Of a stretch of DNA of 64,000 nt, positions 52,003-64,000 are shown in pieces. Origin of the DNA: Eledone cirrhosa (Eukaryota). The first letter of the stretch is position 1, and every line of letters starts with the position of its first letter. The notes under the pieces were generated by a model. It did not search any database and was not told where the DNA came from. It was given only the letters and a program-made list of their open reading frames with translations. The stretch is taken from contig OZ024742.1 of NCBI GenBank assembly GCA_964016885.1, positions 346,952,001-347,016,000 of the forward strand, written 5' to 3'. Position numbers and translations under genes: made by a program.

Positions 52003-55000
52003 GCACGGCACAGTCTCCTCTGACCCTCCCTAATAACCGTGTGTTTTTCATCACAGACACTGAGTCGCAAGCACGTTGTCTGATCGACACCGGCGCGGCT
52101 TGTAGCATTTGGCCGCTAAAACTTCTCAAAGAGAAGCCCCAACTCTCAACCGTCTCTCTGCAAGCAGTAAACCAGTCACCGATCCCCACGTACGGTCAGA
52201 TTTCTCGTTCTTTGAACCTGGAATTGCGTAGAGATTTCACGTGGATCTTCACTGTTGCTGATCTGCCTTACCCCATCCTAGGCTCAGATTTCCTGCACCA
52301 CTATAACTTGATAGTGGATATGCGCAGACGCCGGTTGTTGGATGCCAACACAGAACTGTCTGTGCCGGGTACCAGATCGACTGTCTCGTCGGTCAGCCCG
52401 GTCTTCTTTATCGCTGCTACAGAAAATCCTTACCAATCACTTTTGCATTCCTTCCCGGAATTAACAAATTTGAATTTTGTGATGAGTGAGCCTACTCACT
52501 CCACCAAGCACCACATTGAAACATCCGGAGCTCCTGTGTTTTCGCGCCCTCGCCGTTTCTCTGCTGAGAAACTGAAGGCCGCAAAGGCTGAATTCAATCA
52601 CATGCTGCAGCTCGGGATCATTCGCCCATCCTCAAGCCCGTGGGCCGCACCCTTGCATTTGGTACCAAAGCGTTCCGGTGATTGGCGTCCCACTGGGGAC
52701 TTTCGCCGGTTAAATGCAATGACGGTACCCGACCGCTACCCGATACCACACATACAGGATTTTGCATCTTCGCTGCATGGATGCAACATATTCTCCAAAT
52801 TGGATTTGGTCAAAGCATACCACCAAATCCCGGTGAACCCGGCAGACATACCTAAAACTGCAGTAACAACTCCATTTGGAGCGTTTGAATTTTTGACCAT
52901 GCCTTTCGGTTTGCGAAACGCAGCCAGCACGTTCCAACGATTTATGGATGAAGTTGTGCGCGATTTAGACTTCGTGTACAACTACATCGACGACATTCTT
53001 GTGGCAAGTGCCTCACCTGAGGAACATGTCAATCACCTCCGTCTCCTGTTCGAGAGATTTCAAAAATACCAAGTGAGAATTAATCCGGCAAAATGTGTTT
53101 TCGGTGCTTCCTCACTTGTCTTCTTGGGCCATGTCATCAGCCCAGAAGGAATTTCGCCACTACCTGATAAAGTGAAAGCGGTACAAGACCTCCAACCACC
53201 CACTTCACTTCGTCAACTACGACATTTCCTTGGGCTACTGAACTATTACAGGCGCTTTATCCCACACTGTGCGGATCTCCTGTCTCCTCTGTCCGACCTG
53301 TTACGTAACAGGAAAAAGAAGAACGATTCCATTTCATTGGACACGAATCAGCTAAAAGCCTTCGACGAAGTGAAGCGGAAGCTTGCGGAGACATCACTGC
53401 TTGCACATCCTGTGTCTGGTGCCCAGTTTTCACTGGTTGTTGATGCATCAGGCACAGCTGTAGGTGCAGTACTGCAACAACATCACCAACAACAGTTACA
53501 ACCTCTTGCCTACTTTTCTAAACAGCTGAAGCCTGCAGAAACACGGTATAGCACATTCGGCCGTGAACTCTTGGCTATGTACCTTGCAGTGAAACACTTT
53601 CGGCATTCACTGGAGGGTCGCCAATTTGTTATATACACTGACCACCGTCCGCTTACGTTCGCACTGCGTTCTAAGCCGGACAAATATTCACCTCGCGAAA
53701 CTCGCCACTTGGACTTCGTTTCGCAATTTACCAGCGATATCCGACACATCTCTGGTGAACAGAATGCGGCGGCAGATGCACTGTCTCGCCTCCCAATTAA
53801 TTCCCTGTCATCGCCAGCGGAAATCGACCTCCAACGAATGGCCACAGAACAACCACCTCTGGATACTTTGGACCTCTCGTCTTCTGAATTTGCAACTGGC
53901 AAATTTGCATATCTGCCTGTGCCCACTTCGGACACACAGATTATCTGCGACACCTCGACAGATGCACCTCGCCCTCTAGTGCCAGTGACTCATCGTCGAG
54001 CAGTTTTCGACACCTTGCACGGTCTGGCACACCCTGGAATATCGACCACAGTGAAGCTCATTTCGGCTAGATTCTTCTGGCCTAATATGAGGCGTGACAT
54101 CACTGCCTGGACACGTTCCTGCCTATCCTGCCAAAAGTCAAAGGTGCACAAACACATCCGCGCACCCCTTGGAACTTTCAGCACTCCAGACGCTAGGTTC
54201 AGCCATGTCCATATAGATCTTGTCGGACCATGGCCGGTCAGCCGAGGATTTACATACCTCCTGACCTGCATAGATCGCTTCACACGTTGGCCTGAGGCCA
54301 TTCCTTTAAGTGACATTTCGGCGGAATCTGTGGCGCGAGCTCTAGTATCGGGTTGGATATCGCGTTACGGAGTTCCAGCCACTATCACCACTGACCGCGG
54401 TGGACAATTTGAGTCACACCTTTTCCGAGAGCTTTCAAGGATCCTGGGAATGCAACGCATTCGAACGACCAGCTACCATCCAGCTTCTAACGGAATGATT
54501 GAACGCTTCCACCGCCAATTGAAAGCCGCACTGCGCGCTTATCCGGATCAGCAGCGGTGGGGCGAATATGTACCAATTGTCCTCCTGGGCTGTCGTGCAG
54601 CCATCAAGGAAGATCTAGGCTACTCCCCCGCCGAGTTGGTTTACGGAGTGCCTATATCTCTGCCTGGTCAGATGTTAGCTCCATTGGACCTACCAGCAAC
54701 AGACCCAGCTCTGTATGTGAGCAGACTGCAATCATATTTCAGCAATCTTCCGCCTATGCACCCTCGCCAACAGACAATCAAATCTTCGGTCCCGAAAGAC
54801 ATTGCTTCATGGACCCACGTCTTTTTACGAAAGGACGCCGTGAGAGCTCCTCTCATGCCACCTTATACCGGTCCCTATCGCGTGCTTGAGCGCACAGATA
54901 AGCTATTCACCTTAGACATTGGGGGTAAAAAAGAGACTGTGTCCATTGACAGGGTAAAACGGGCCTATACAGACACTCTCACACAAGAGCCCCATTTTCC

Positions 55001-55139
55001 CCCCACATACACCTGGCATCAGCCAAGCCACAATACACATATAACATCGCACACACCTACACCTACATATGTCACCACCACACGTAGCGGTCGGCGAGTA
55101 CATTGGCCCAAGAAGCTTTGCAAGACTCTTTATATATGA
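51960..55139 (+). CDS. pol: Pol, copy 8
   Basis: Intact; private S>G at 54561. Confidence 0.95.
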   Translation: MYIFGPGKQISGDLSTAQSPLTLPNNRVFFITDTESQARCLIDTGAACSIWPLKLLKEKPQLSTVSLQAVNQSPIPTYGQISRSLNLELRRDFTWIFTVADLPYPILGSDFLHHYNLIVDMRRRRLLDANTELSVPGTRSTVSSVSPVFFIAATENPYQSLLHSFPELTNLNFVMSEPTHSTKHHIETSGAPVFSRPRRFSAEKLKAAKAEFNHMLQLGIIRPSSSPWAAPLHLVPKRSGDWRPTGDFRRLNAMTVPDRYPIPHIQDFASSLHGCNIFSKLDLVKAYHQIPVNPADIPKTAVTTPFGAFEFLTMPFGLRNAASTFQRFMDEVVRDLDFVYNYIDDILVASASPEEHVNHLRLLFERFQKYQVRINPAKCVFGASSLVFLGHVISPEGISPLPDKVKAVQDLQPPTSLRQLRHFLGLLNYYRRFIPHCADLLSPLSDLLRNRKKKNDSISLDTNQLKAFDEVKRKLAETSLLAHPVSGAQFSLVVDASGTAVGAVLQQHHQQQLQPLAYFSKQLKPAETRYSTFGRELLAMYLAVKHFRHSLEGRQFVIYTDHRPLTFALRSKPDKYSPRETRHLDFVSQFTSDIRHISGEQNAAADALSRLPINSLSSPAEIDLQRMATEQPPLDTLDLSSSEFATGKFAYLPVPTSDTQIICDTSTDAPRPLVPVTHRRAVFDTLHGLAHPGISTTVKLISARFFWPNMRRDITAWTRSCLSCQKSKVHKHIRAPLGTFSTPDARFSHVHIDLVGPWPVSRGFTYLLTCIDRFTRWPEAIPLSDISAESVARALVSGWISRYGVPATITTDRGGQFESHLFRELSRILGMQRIRTTSYHPASNGMIERFHRQLKAALRAYPDQQRWGEYVPIVLLGCRAAIKEDLGYSPAELVYGVPISLPGQMLAPLDLPATDPALYVSRLQSYFSNLPPMHPRQQTIKSSVPKDIASWTHVFLRKDAVRAPLMPPYTGPYRVLERTDKLFTLDIGGKKETVSIDRVKRAYTDTLTQEPHFPPTYTWHQPSHNTHITSHTPTPTYVTTTRSGRRVHWPKKLCKTLYI

Positions 55140-55361
55140 ACTATGTTATTTACAGCAATCTTCTTGGAGTTTGCTCCGCCCTTGTATTTGTATTAAATGT
55201 ATGAACTAAGGTGAACATTACACTATTTCTGACTTTCCTGTAATATGAACATTTCTTTATCAGTGATATATTTTATTGTGTTTACTATTATATAGTACTT
55301 TTTCTTTCATTCAACTGCTACCCTTATTTCTCTGTCGGCTGTAAGCCTAAGCAGGGGGTGA

Positions 55362-55763
55362 TGTAGCAGTGAATGAAATGTATTTTCCTTCTGCGGCGGA
55401 ATGGTGTTACGGAGGTAAGTTGGCTGAAGTGTGAGCCAATCGAAACCTTCGGTGCACTAATTGGACTGTCCAGAACTACGTCACCAGGTGAGCGGAGGTA
55501 ACCAAGAGAGACATTAGTCTACACGCACCTCTCTTATCGACAAGACCAGGCTACACTCATCGCTGCTAACAACATCTCCATCTTGCAATGAAGCGGACCA
55601 AACTACATCCTACACATGTAGATACGACCTGTACCTAATGTATCCGTTCAACATGTACGACTAATAAATAGAGTTACAACATCGATAATGGATTTAGTCA
55701 ATGTTCTAAATGCCTTCTGATTTCTATTATGTATACCAAGAATTGACCCTAAAACCCGTTATA
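55362..55763 (+). repeat. LTR 9 (shared)
   Basis: PPT-TG start; PBS follows. Confidence 0.85.
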
Positions 55764-56403
55764 AATGGTGACCCGAACGTTTAAGGACATCAACACAGAA
55801 AAAAACCACATATTTCCGTTGCAACGAACACATCAACATTTCTCATCCCCCCCCCCCCCCCCCCCCCCCAAAAAAACAAAGCCACTCGCCTTTTCTCGGG
55901 GTATGTACGCGATTAGCTTGAGTCCTAATATGTATTTGATATATTGTCTTATTGTTACTAAATCTGCACATCACACCTTCACTTTCTAACATCACCGAAC
56001 ACATGCGTTAATACAAAAATCTTATTTTTTCCTCTCAATTTCTGATTGGGCGACGCTATAAAAAAAACAAAAAAAAAACTGTTGGCGCCGATAGCCAGTC
56101 AGAGCAAGATGGCCGACTTCCGTCTTCTTCAGCTGTTTTCCCGCCAAAATGACGGAGGCAACGCCATTTTGAAAAGTACACAAAAAGAAAAAAAAAAAAA
56201 AGAAAATAATAGGACAAAGATAAATCATAATTTTTTTTTTTAAAGCTTGACGTTTTTCCCTCCAACATTGTTTTTGATATATTTTTCTTTTTCTGTCTTT
56301 CACTCGGATTATATTTTTTCTTGGCCTGAATTTTCACTTTTGTCTCGGTGACAAGTGCAGAGTTGTCCTTTCTTTGCCCTTTGCTTTTACATCAGTATAC
56401 ACA

Positions 56404-57312
56404 ATGGGTAGCACTTCATTGCCACCGTTTACCGGTGACGTCACTGTCTGGTTCGCCCAGATAGAAGCACATTTCACAGCGAATAACATCACCAGTGACC
56501 ACAGACAGTTAAATCTCCTGTTAAGCGCTTTTCCAGCGTCATTGACGTCGGTCGTCAAAGACTTAATTACAGATCCTCGCCCTGGGGCCACCTATGAGAG
56601 CGTGAAGCTCGAAGTGTTGCGGCGGACCACATTGTCCGCAGAAAAAAAATTTCAGACGCTCGTCAATGACGAACATTTGGGTGATCGGACGCCCACACAA
56701 CTACTGCGTCGGATGAGAGAGCTGGCGGAAGATGCCCCAGCTGACAGTGCCCTCCTTAGACAGCTTTTTGTCTCAAGGCTACCCCCCGGAGTTCAGGCGA
56801 TCTTAGCGCCCATGATGGAGGCTGCTCCTGTCGACCAGCTAGCGGCTTCGGCCGACAGGGTTATGAGTGTCATCGGACACCCAGCCTCATTTGCCCCCTT
56901 CCAGGCACCTCAGCCACCGGCTGCGGTCAATCCGTTCTCTCCTGCCTCCTTCCAGGCACCCCAGCCACCGGCTGCGGTCAATCCGTTCGCTCCTGTCTCC
57001 TTCAATGCATCCCAGCCGCCGACTGCGGTCGCTTCCTTCACTCCAGCGGCTGCCAGTTATACCGACCAGTCACTTGCAAATGCAGCAATGCTGCAAGCAA
57101 TAGAGCAGCTAACCAAGGAAGTGAGAAAACTAAGCACTCACAGGGCTCATTCGCCCAGACGCCGTTTCCAGAGCCGTTCACCCTCGCCACGACGCCGTCA
57201 CACAGGCAGTTCAGGTTTGTGTTACTACCACAGCCGTTTTGGCGCAGCAGCACGCTCCTGTAAACAGCCTTGTACATTTTCGGACCAGGGAAACAGATTT
57301 CAGGAGACCTGA
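56404..57312 (+). CDS. gag: Gag, copy 9
   Basis: As copy 1. Confidence 0.9.
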   Translation: MGSTSLPPFTGDVTVWFAQIEAHFTANNITSDHRQLNLLLSAFPASLTSVVKDLITDPRPGATYESVKLEVLRRTTLSAEKKFQTLVNDEHLGDRTPTQLLRRMRELAEDAPADSALLRQLFVSRLPPGVQAILAPMMEAAPVDQLAASADRVMSVIGHPASFAPFQAPQPPAAVNPFSPASFQAPQPPAAVNPFAPVSFNASQPPTAVASFTPAAASYTDQSLANAAMLQAIEQLTKEVRKLSTHRAHSPRRRFQSRSPSPRRRHTGSSGLCYYHSRFGAAARSCKQPCTFSDQGNRFQET

Positions 57313-60300
57313 GCACGGCACAGTCTCCTCTGACCCTCCCTAATAACCGTGTGTTTTTCATCACAGACACTGAGTCGCAAGCACGTTGTCTGATCGACAC
57401 CGGCGCGGCTTGTAGCATTTGGCCGCTAAAACTTCTCAAAGAGAAGCCCCAACTCTCAACCGTCTCTCTGCAAGCAGTAAACCAGTCACCGATCCCCACG
57501 TACGGTCAGATTTCTCGTTCTTTGAACCTGGAATTGCGTAGAGATTTCACGTGGATCTTCACTGTTGCTGATCTGCCTTACCCCATCCTAGGCTCAGATT
57601 TCCTGCACCACTATAACTTGATAGTGGATATGCGCAGACGCCGGTTGTTGGATGCCAACACAGAACTGTCTGTGCCGGGTACCAGATCGACTGTCTCGTC
57701 GGTCAGCCCGGTCTTCTTTATCGCTGCTACAGAAAATCCTTACCAATCACTTTTGCATTCCTTCCCGGAATTAACAAATTTGAATTTTGTGATGAGTGAG
57801 CCTACTCACTCCACCAAGCACCACATTGAAACATCCGGAGCTCCTGTGTTTTCGCGCCCTCGCCGTTTCTCTGCTGAGAAACTGAAGGCCGCAAAGGCTG
57901 AATTCAATCACATGCTGCAGCTCGGGATCATTCGCCCATCCTCAAGCCCGTGGGCCGCACCCTTGCATTTGGTACCAAAGCGTTCCGGTGATTGGCGTCC
58001 CACTGGGGACTTTCGCCGGTTAAATGCAATGACGGTACCCGACCGCTACCCGATACCACACATACAGGATTTTGCATCTTCGCTGCATGGATGCAACATA
58101 TTCTCCAAATTGGATTTGGTCAAAGCATACCACCAAATCCCGGTGAACCCGGCAGACATACCTAAAACTGCAGTAACAACTCCATTTGGAGCGTTTGAAT
58201 TTTTGACCATGCCTTTCGGTTTGCGAAACGCAGCCAGCACGTTCCAACGATTTATGGATGAAGTTGTGCGCGATTTAGACTTCGTGTACAACTACATCGA
58301 CGACATTCTTGTGGCAAGTGCCTCACCTGAGGAACATGTCAATCACCTCCGTCTCCTGTTCGAGAGATTTCAAAAATACCAAGTGAGAATTAATCCGGCA
58401 AAATGTGTTTTCGGTGCTTCCTCACTTGTCTTCTTGGGCCATGTCATCAGCCCAGAAGGAATTTCGCCACTACCTGATAAAGTGAAAGCGGTACAAGACC
58501 TCCAACCACCCACTTCACTTCGTCAACTACGACATTTCCTTGGGCTACTGAACTATTACAGGCGCTTTATCCCACACTGTGCGGATCTCCTGTCTCCTCT
58601 GTCCGACCTGTTACGTAACAGGAAAAAGAAGAACGATTCCATTTCATTGGACACGAATCAGCTAAAAGCCTTCGACGAAGTGAAGCGGAAGCTTGCGGAG
58701 ACATCACTGCTTGCACATCCTGTGTCTGGTGCCCAGTTTTCACTGGTTGTTGATGCATCAGGCACAGCTGTAGGTGCAGTACTGCAACAACATCACCAAC
58801 AACAGTTACAACCTCTTGCCTACTTTTCTAAACAGCTGAAGCCTGCAGAAACACGGTATAGCACATTCGGCCGTGAACTCTTGGCTATGTACCTTGCAGT
58901 GAAACACTTTCGGCATTCACTGGAGGGTCGCCAATTTGTTATATACACTGACCACCGTCCGCTTACGTTCGCACTGCGTTCTAAGCCGGACAAATATTCA
59001 CCTCGCGAAACTCGCCACTTGGACTTCGTTTCGCAATTTACCAGCGATATCCGACACATCTCTGGTGAACAGAATGCGGCGGCAGATGCACTGTCTCGCC
59101 TCCCAATTAATTCCCTGTCATCGCCAGCGGAAATCGACCTCCAACGAATGGCCACAGAACAACCACCTCTGGATACTTTGGACCTCTCGTCTTCTGAATT
59201 TGCAACTGGCAAATTTGCATATCTGCCTGTGCCCACTTCGGACACACAGATTATCTGCGACACCTCGACAGATGCACCTCGCCCTCTAGTGCCAGTGACT
59301 CATCGTCGAGCAGTTTTCGACACCTTGCACGGTCTGGCACACCCTGGAATATCGACCACAGTGAAGCTCATTTCGGCTAGATTCTTCTGGCCTAATATGA
59401 GGCGTGACATCACTGCCTGGACACGTTCCTGCCTATCCTGCCAAAAGTCAAAGGTGCACAAACACATCCGCGCACCCCTTGGAACTTTCAGCACTCCAGA
59501 CGCTAGGTTCAGCCATGTCCATATAGATCTTGTCGGACCATGGCCGGTCAGCCGAGGATTTACATACCTCCTGACCTGCATAGATCGCTTCACACGTTGG
59601 CCTGAGGCCATTCCTTTAAGTGACATTTCGGCGGAATCTGTGGCGCGAGCTCTAGTATCGGGTTGGATATCGCGTTACGGAGTTCCAGCCACTATCACCA
59701 CTGACTGCGGTGGACAATTAAAGTCACACCTTTTCCGAGAGCTTTCAAGGATCCTGGGAATGCAACGCATTCGAACGACCAGCTACCATCCAGCTTCTAA
59801 CGGAATGATTGAACGCTTCCACCGCCAATTGAAAGCCGCACTGCGCGCTTATCCGGATCAGCAGCGGTGGAGCGAATATGTACCAATTGTCCTCCTGGGC
59901 TGTCGTGCAGCCATCAAGGAAGATCTAGGCTACTCCCCCGCCGAGTTGGTTTACGGAGTGCCTATATCTCTGCCTGGTCAGATGTTAGCTCCATTGGACC
60001 TACCAGCAACAGACCCAGCTCTGTATGTGAGCAGACTGCAATCATATTTCAGCAATCTTCCGCCTATGCACCCTCGCCAACAGACAATCAAATCTTCGGT
60101 CCCGAAAGACATTGCTTCATGGACCCACGTCTTTTTACGAAAGGACGCCGTGAGAGCTCCTCTCATGCCACCTTATACCGGTCCCTATCGCGTGCTTGAG
60201 CGCACAGATAAGCTATTCACCTTAGACATTGGGGGTAAAAAAGAGACTGTGTCCATTGACAGGGTAAAACGGGCCTATACAGACACTCTCACACAAGAGC

Positions 60301-60449
60301 CCCATTTTCCCCCCACATACACCTGGCATCAGCCAAGCCACAATACACATATAACATCGCACACACCTACACCTACATATGTCACCACCACACGTAGCGG
60401 TCGGCGAGTACATTGGCCCAAGAAGCTTTGCAAGACTCTTTATATATGA
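57270..60449 (+). CDS. pol: Pol, copy 9
   Basis: Open frame; integrase TDRGGQFES changed to TDCGGQLKS (59706, 59720-59721). Confidence 0.93.
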   Translation: MYIFGPGKQISGDLSTAQSPLTLPNNRVFFITDTESQARCLIDTGAACSIWPLKLLKEKPQLSTVSLQAVNQSPIPTYGQISRSLNLELRRDFTWIFTVADLPYPILGSDFLHHYNLIVDMRRRRLLDANTELSVPGTRSTVSSVSPVFFIAATENPYQSLLHSFPELTNLNFVMSEPTHSTKHHIETSGAPVFSRPRRFSAEKLKAAKAEFNHMLQLGIIRPSSSPWAAPLHLVPKRSGDWRPTGDFRRLNAMTVPDRYPIPHIQDFASSLHGCNIFSKLDLVKAYHQIPVNPADIPKTAVTTPFGAFEFLTMPFGLRNAASTFQRFMDEVVRDLDFVYNYIDDILVASASPEEHVNHLRLLFERFQKYQVRINPAKCVFGASSLVFLGHVISPEGISPLPDKVKAVQDLQPPTSLRQLRHFLGLLNYYRRFIPHCADLLSPLSDLLRNRKKKNDSISLDTNQLKAFDEVKRKLAETSLLAHPVSGAQFSLVVDASGTAVGAVLQQHHQQQLQPLAYFSKQLKPAETRYSTFGRELLAMYLAVKHFRHSLEGRQFVIYTDHRPLTFALRSKPDKYSPRETRHLDFVSQFTSDIRHISGEQNAAADALSRLPINSLSSPAEIDLQRMATEQPPLDTLDLSSSEFATGKFAYLPVPTSDTQIICDTSTDAPRPLVPVTHRRAVFDTLHGLAHPGISTTVKLISARFFWPNMRRDITAWTRSCLSCQKSKVHKHIRAPLGTFSTPDARFSHVHIDLVGPWPVSRGFTYLLTCIDRFTRWPEAIPLSDISAESVARALVSGWISRYGVPATITTDCGGQLKSHLFRELSRILGMQRIRTTSYHPASNGMIERFHRQLKAALRAYPDQQRWSEYVPIVLLGCRAAIKEDLGYSPAELVYGVPISLPGQMLAPLDLPATDPALYVSRLQSYFSNLPPMHPRQQTIKSSVPKDIASWTHVFLRKDAVRAPLMPPYTGPYRVLERTDKLFTLDIGGKKETVSIDRVKRAYTDTLTQEPHFPPTYTWHQPSHNTHITSHTPTPTYVTTTRSGRRVHWPKKLCKTLYI

Positions 60450-60671
60450 ACTATGTTATTTACAGCAATCTTCTTGGAGTTTGCTCCGCCCTTGTATTTG
60501 TATTAAATGTATGAACTAAGGTGAACATTACACTATTTCTGACTTTCCTGTAATATGAACATTTCTTTATCAGTGATATATTTTATTGTGTTTACTATTA
60601 TATAGTACTTTTTCTTTCATTCAACTGCTACCCTTATTTCTCTGTCGGCTGTAAGCCTAAGCAGGGGGTGA

Positions 60672-61073
60672 TGTAGCAGTGAATGAAATGTATTTTCCTT
60701 CTGCGGCGGAATGGTGTTACGGAGGTAAGTTGGCTGAAGTGTGAGCCAATCGAAACCTTCGGTGCACTAATTGGACTGTCCAGAACTACGTCACCAGGTG
60801 AGCGGAGGTAACCAAGAGAGACATTAGTCTACACGCACCTCTCTTATCGACAAGACCAGGCTACACTCATCGCTGCTAACAACATCTCCATCTTGCAATG
60901 AAGCGGACCAAACTACATCCTACACATGTAGATACGACCTGTACCTAATGTATCCGTTCAACATGTACGACTAATAAATAGAGTTACAACATCGATAATG
61001 GATTTAGTCAATGTTCTAAATGCCTTCTGATTTCTATTATGTATACCAAGAATTGACCCTAAAACCCGTTATA
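60672..61073 (+). repeat. LTR 10 (shared)
   Basis: PPT-TG start; PBS follows. Confidence 0.85.
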
Positions 61074-61701
61074 AATGGTGACCCGAACGTTTAAGGACAT
61101 CAACACAGAAAAAAACCACATATTTCCGTTGCAACGAACACATCAACATTTCGCATCCCCCCCCCCCCAAAAAACAAAGCCACTCGCCTTTTCTCGGGGT
61201 ATGTACGCGATTAGCTTGAGTCCTAATATGTATTTGATATATTGTCTTATTGTTACTAAATCTGCACATCACACCTTCACTTTCTAACATCACCGAACAC
61301 ATGCGTTAATACAAAAATCTTATTTTTTCCTCTCAATTTCTGATTGGGCGACGCTATAAAAAAAACAAAAAAAAAACTGTTGGCGCCGATAGCCAGTCAG
61401 AGCAAGATGGCCGACTTCCGTCTTCTTCAGCTGTTTTCCCGCCAAAATGACGGAGGCAACGCCATTTTGAAAAGTACACAAAAAGAAAAAAAAAAAAAAG
61501 AAAATAATAGGACAAAGATAAATCATAATTTTTTTTTTTAAAGCTTGACGTTTTTCCCTCCAACATTGTTTTTGATATATTTTTCTTTTTCTGTCTTTCA
61601 CTCGGATTATATTTTTTCTTGGCCTGAATTTTCACTTTTGTCTCGGTGACAAGTGCAGAGTTGTCCTTTCTTTGCCCTTTGCTTTTACATCAGTATACAC
61701 A

Positions 61702-62610
61702 ATGGGTAGCACTTCATTGCCACCGTTTACCGGTGACGTCACTGTCTGGTTCGCCCAGATAGAAGCACATTTCACAGCGAATAACATCACCAGTGACCAC
61801 AGACAGTTAAATCTCCTGTTAAGCGCTTTTCCAGCGTCATTGACGTCGGTCGTCAAAGACTTAATTACAGATCCTCGCCCTGGGGCCACCTATGAGAGCG
61901 TGAAGCTCGAAGTGTTGCGGCGGACCACATTGTCCGCAGAAAAAAAATTTCAGACGCTCGTCAATGACGAACATTTGGGTGATCGGACGCCCACACAACT
62001 ACTGCGTCGGATGAGAGAGCTGGCGGAAGATGCCCCAGCTGACAGTGCCCTCCTTAGACAGCTTTTTGTCTCAAGGCTACCCCCCGGAGTTCAGGCGATC
62101 TTAGCGCCCATGATGGAGGCTGCTCCTGTCGACCAGCTAGCGGCTTCGGCCGACAGGGTTATGAGTGTCATCGGACACCCAGCCTCATTTGCCCCCTTCC
62201 AGGCACCTCAGCCACCGGCTGCGGTCAATCCGTTCTCTCCTGCCTCCTTCCAGGCACCCCAGCCACCGGCTGCGGTCAATCCGTTCGCTCCTGTCTCCTT
62301 CAATGCATCCCAGCCGCCGACTGCGGTCGCTTCCTTCACTCCAGCGGCTGCCAGTTATACCGACCAGTCACTTGCAAATGCAGCAATGCTGCAAGCAATA
62401 GAGCAGCTAACCAAGGAAGTGAGAAAACTAAGCACTCACAGGGCTCATTCGCCCAGACGCCGTTTCCAGAGCCGTTCACCCTCGCCACGACGCCGTCACA
62501 CAGGCAGTTCAGGTTTGTGTTACTACCACAGCCGTTTTGGCGCAGCAGCACGCTCCTGTAAACAGCCTTGTACATTTTCGGACCAGGGAAACAGATTTCA
62601 GGAGACCTGA
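61702..62610 (+). CDS. gag: Gag, copy 10
   Basis: As copy 1. Confidence 0.9.
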   Translation: MGSTSLPPFTGDVTVWFAQIEAHFTANNITSDHRQLNLLLSAFPASLTSVVKDLITDPRPGATYESVKLEVLRRTTLSAEKKFQTLVNDEHLGDRTPTQLLRRMRELAEDAPADSALLRQLFVSRLPPGVQAILAPMMEAAPVDQLAASADRVMSVIGHPASFAPFQAPQPPAAVNPFSPASFQAPQPPAAVNPFAPVSFNASQPPTAVASFTPAAASYTDQSLANAAMLQAIEQLTKEVRKLSTHRAHSPRRRFQSRSPSPRRRHTGSSGLCYYHSRFGAAARSCKQPCTFSDQGNRFQET

Positions 62611-64000
62611 GCACGGCACAGTCTCCTCTGACCCTCCCTAATAACCGTGTGTTTTTCATCACAGACACTGAGTCGCAAGCACGTTGTCTGATCGACACCG
62701 GCGCGGCTTGTAGCATTTGGCCGCTAAAACTTCTCAAAGAGAAGCCCCAACTCTCAACCGTCTCTCTGCAAGCAGTAAACCAGTCACCGATCCCCACGTA
62801 CGGTCAGATTTCTCGTTCTTTGAACCTGGAATTGCGTAGAGATTTCACGTGGATCTTCACTGTTGCTGATCTGCCTTGCCCCATCCTAGGCTCAGATTTC
62901 CTGCACCACTATAACTTGATAGTGGATATGCGCAGACGCCGGTTGTTGGATGCCAACACAGAACTGTCTGTGCCGGGTACCAGATCGACTGTCTCGTCGG
63001 TCAGCCCGGTCTTCTTTATCGCTGCTACAGAAAATCCTTACCAATCACTTTTGCATTCCTTCCCGGAATTAACAAATTTGAATTTTGTGATGAGTGAGCC
63101 TACTCACTCCACCAAGCACCACATTGAAACATCCGGAGCTCCTGTGTTTTCGCGCCCTCGCCGTTTCTCTGCTGAGAAACTGAAGGCCGCAAAGGCTGAA
63201 TTCAATCACATGCTGCAGCTCGGGATCATTCGCCCATCCTCAAGCCCGTGGGCCGCACCCTTGCATTTGGTACCAAAGCGTTCCGGTGATTGGCGTCCCA
63301 CTGGGGACTTTCGCCGGTTAAATGCAATGACGGTACCCGACCGCTACCCGATACCACACATACAGGATTTTGCATCTTCGCTGCATGGATGCAACATATT
63401 CTCCAAATTGGATTTGGTCAAAGCATACCACCAAATCCCGGTGAACCCGGCAGACATACCTAAAACTGCAGTAACAACTCCATTTGGAGCGTTTGAATTT
63501 TTGACCATGCCTTTCGGTTTGCGAAACGCAGCCAGCACGTTCCAACGATTTATGGATGAAGTTGTGCGCGATTTAGACTTCGTGTACAACTACATCGACG
63601 ACATTCTTGTGGCAAGTGCCTCACCTGAGGAACATGTCAATCACCTCCGTCTCCTGTTCGAGAGATTTCAAAAATACCAAGTGAGAATTAATCCGGCAAA
63701 ATGTGTTTTCGGTGCTTCCTCACTTGTCTTCTTGGGCCATGTCATCAGCCCAGAAGGAATTTCGCCACTACCTGATAAAGTGAAAGCGGTACAAGACCTC
63801 CAACCACCCACTTCACTTCGTCAACTACGACATTTCCTTGGGCTACTGAACTATTACAGGCGCTTTATCCCACACTGTGCGGATCTCCTGTCTCCTCTGT
63901 CCGACCTGTTACGTAACAGGAAAAAGAAGAACGATTCCATTTCATTGGACACGAATCAGCTAAAAGCCTTCGACGAAGTGAAGCGGAAGCTTGCGGAGAC
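62568..64000 (+). CDS. pol: Pol, copy 10 (partial, runs off window)
   Basis: Colinear with the other copies through PR and RT; private Y>C at 62878. Confidence 0.9.
   Translation, partial: MYIFGPGKQISGDLSTAQSPLTLPNNRVFFITDTESQARCLIDTGAACSIWPLKLLKEKPQLSTVSLQAVNQSPIPTYGQISRSLNLELRRDFTWIFTVADLPCPILGSDFLHHYNLIVDMRRRRLLDANTELSVPGTRSTVSSVSPVFFIAATENPYQSLLHSFPELTNLNFVMSEPTHSTKHHIETSGAPVFSRPRRFSAEKLKAAKAEFNHMLQLGIIRPSSSPWAAPLHLVPKRSGDWRPTGDFRRLNAMTVPDRYPIPHIQDFASSLHGCNIFSKLDLVKAYHQIPVNPADIPKTAVTTPFGAFEFLTMPFGLRNAASTFQRFMDEVVRDLDFVYNYIDDILVASASPEEHVNHLRLLFERFQKYQVRINPAKCVFGASSLVFLGHVISPEGISPLPDKVKAVQDLQPPTSLRQLRHFLGLLNYYRRFIPHCADLLSPLSDLLRNRKKKNDSISLDTNQLKAFDEVKRKLAE

Larger units (their letters stand above)
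12847..64000 (+). mobile_element. Head-to-tail tandem array of >=10 CsRn1-clade Ty3/gypsy LTR retrotransposons sharing single LTRs
   Basis: Units start (TGTAGCAGTG) at 12847, 18159, 23476, 28798, 34115, 39426, 44727, 50045, 55362 and 60672; unit length 5301-5322 bp. Each unit is LTR-PBS-leader-gag-pol-PPT. PR-RT-RH-IN order indicates Ty3/gypsy; CHCC Gag plus Trp PBS indicates the CsRn1 clade. Confidence 0.97.

Overview
Gene-free, repeat-dense animal genomic DNA. The long (TA)n/(TG)n microsatellites and the tRNA-derived SINE resemble octopus/cephalopod DNA; this is recall, not a search. Bases 1-12846 are a repeat patchwork: two SINE copies, an RTE-LINE 3' fragment, a mariner-type MITE, 45-bp and 15-bp minisatellites, and a young Penelope-like element (RT + GIY-YIG, Naiad-like motifs). 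The Penelope-like element is arranged as a head-to-head inverted duplication between (TA)n tracts, and each arm carries a foldable hammerhead ribozyme with a U3-A8 core variant. Two more hammerhead-like motifs lie nearby. From 12847 to the window end is a head-to-tail array of at least 10 almost identical, essentially intact ~5.3-kb CsRn1-clade Ty3/gypsy retrotransposons, in which neighbours share one ~402-bp LTR. Each unit has a tRNA-Trp-like PBS, a CHCC-type Gag, a G-GGA-AAC -1 frameshift site with a predicted pseudoknot, PR-RT-RH-IN Pol and a PPT. The inferred LTR ends in TA instead of CA, and the copies share variants in a mosaic pattern. No host protein-coding gene is evident.
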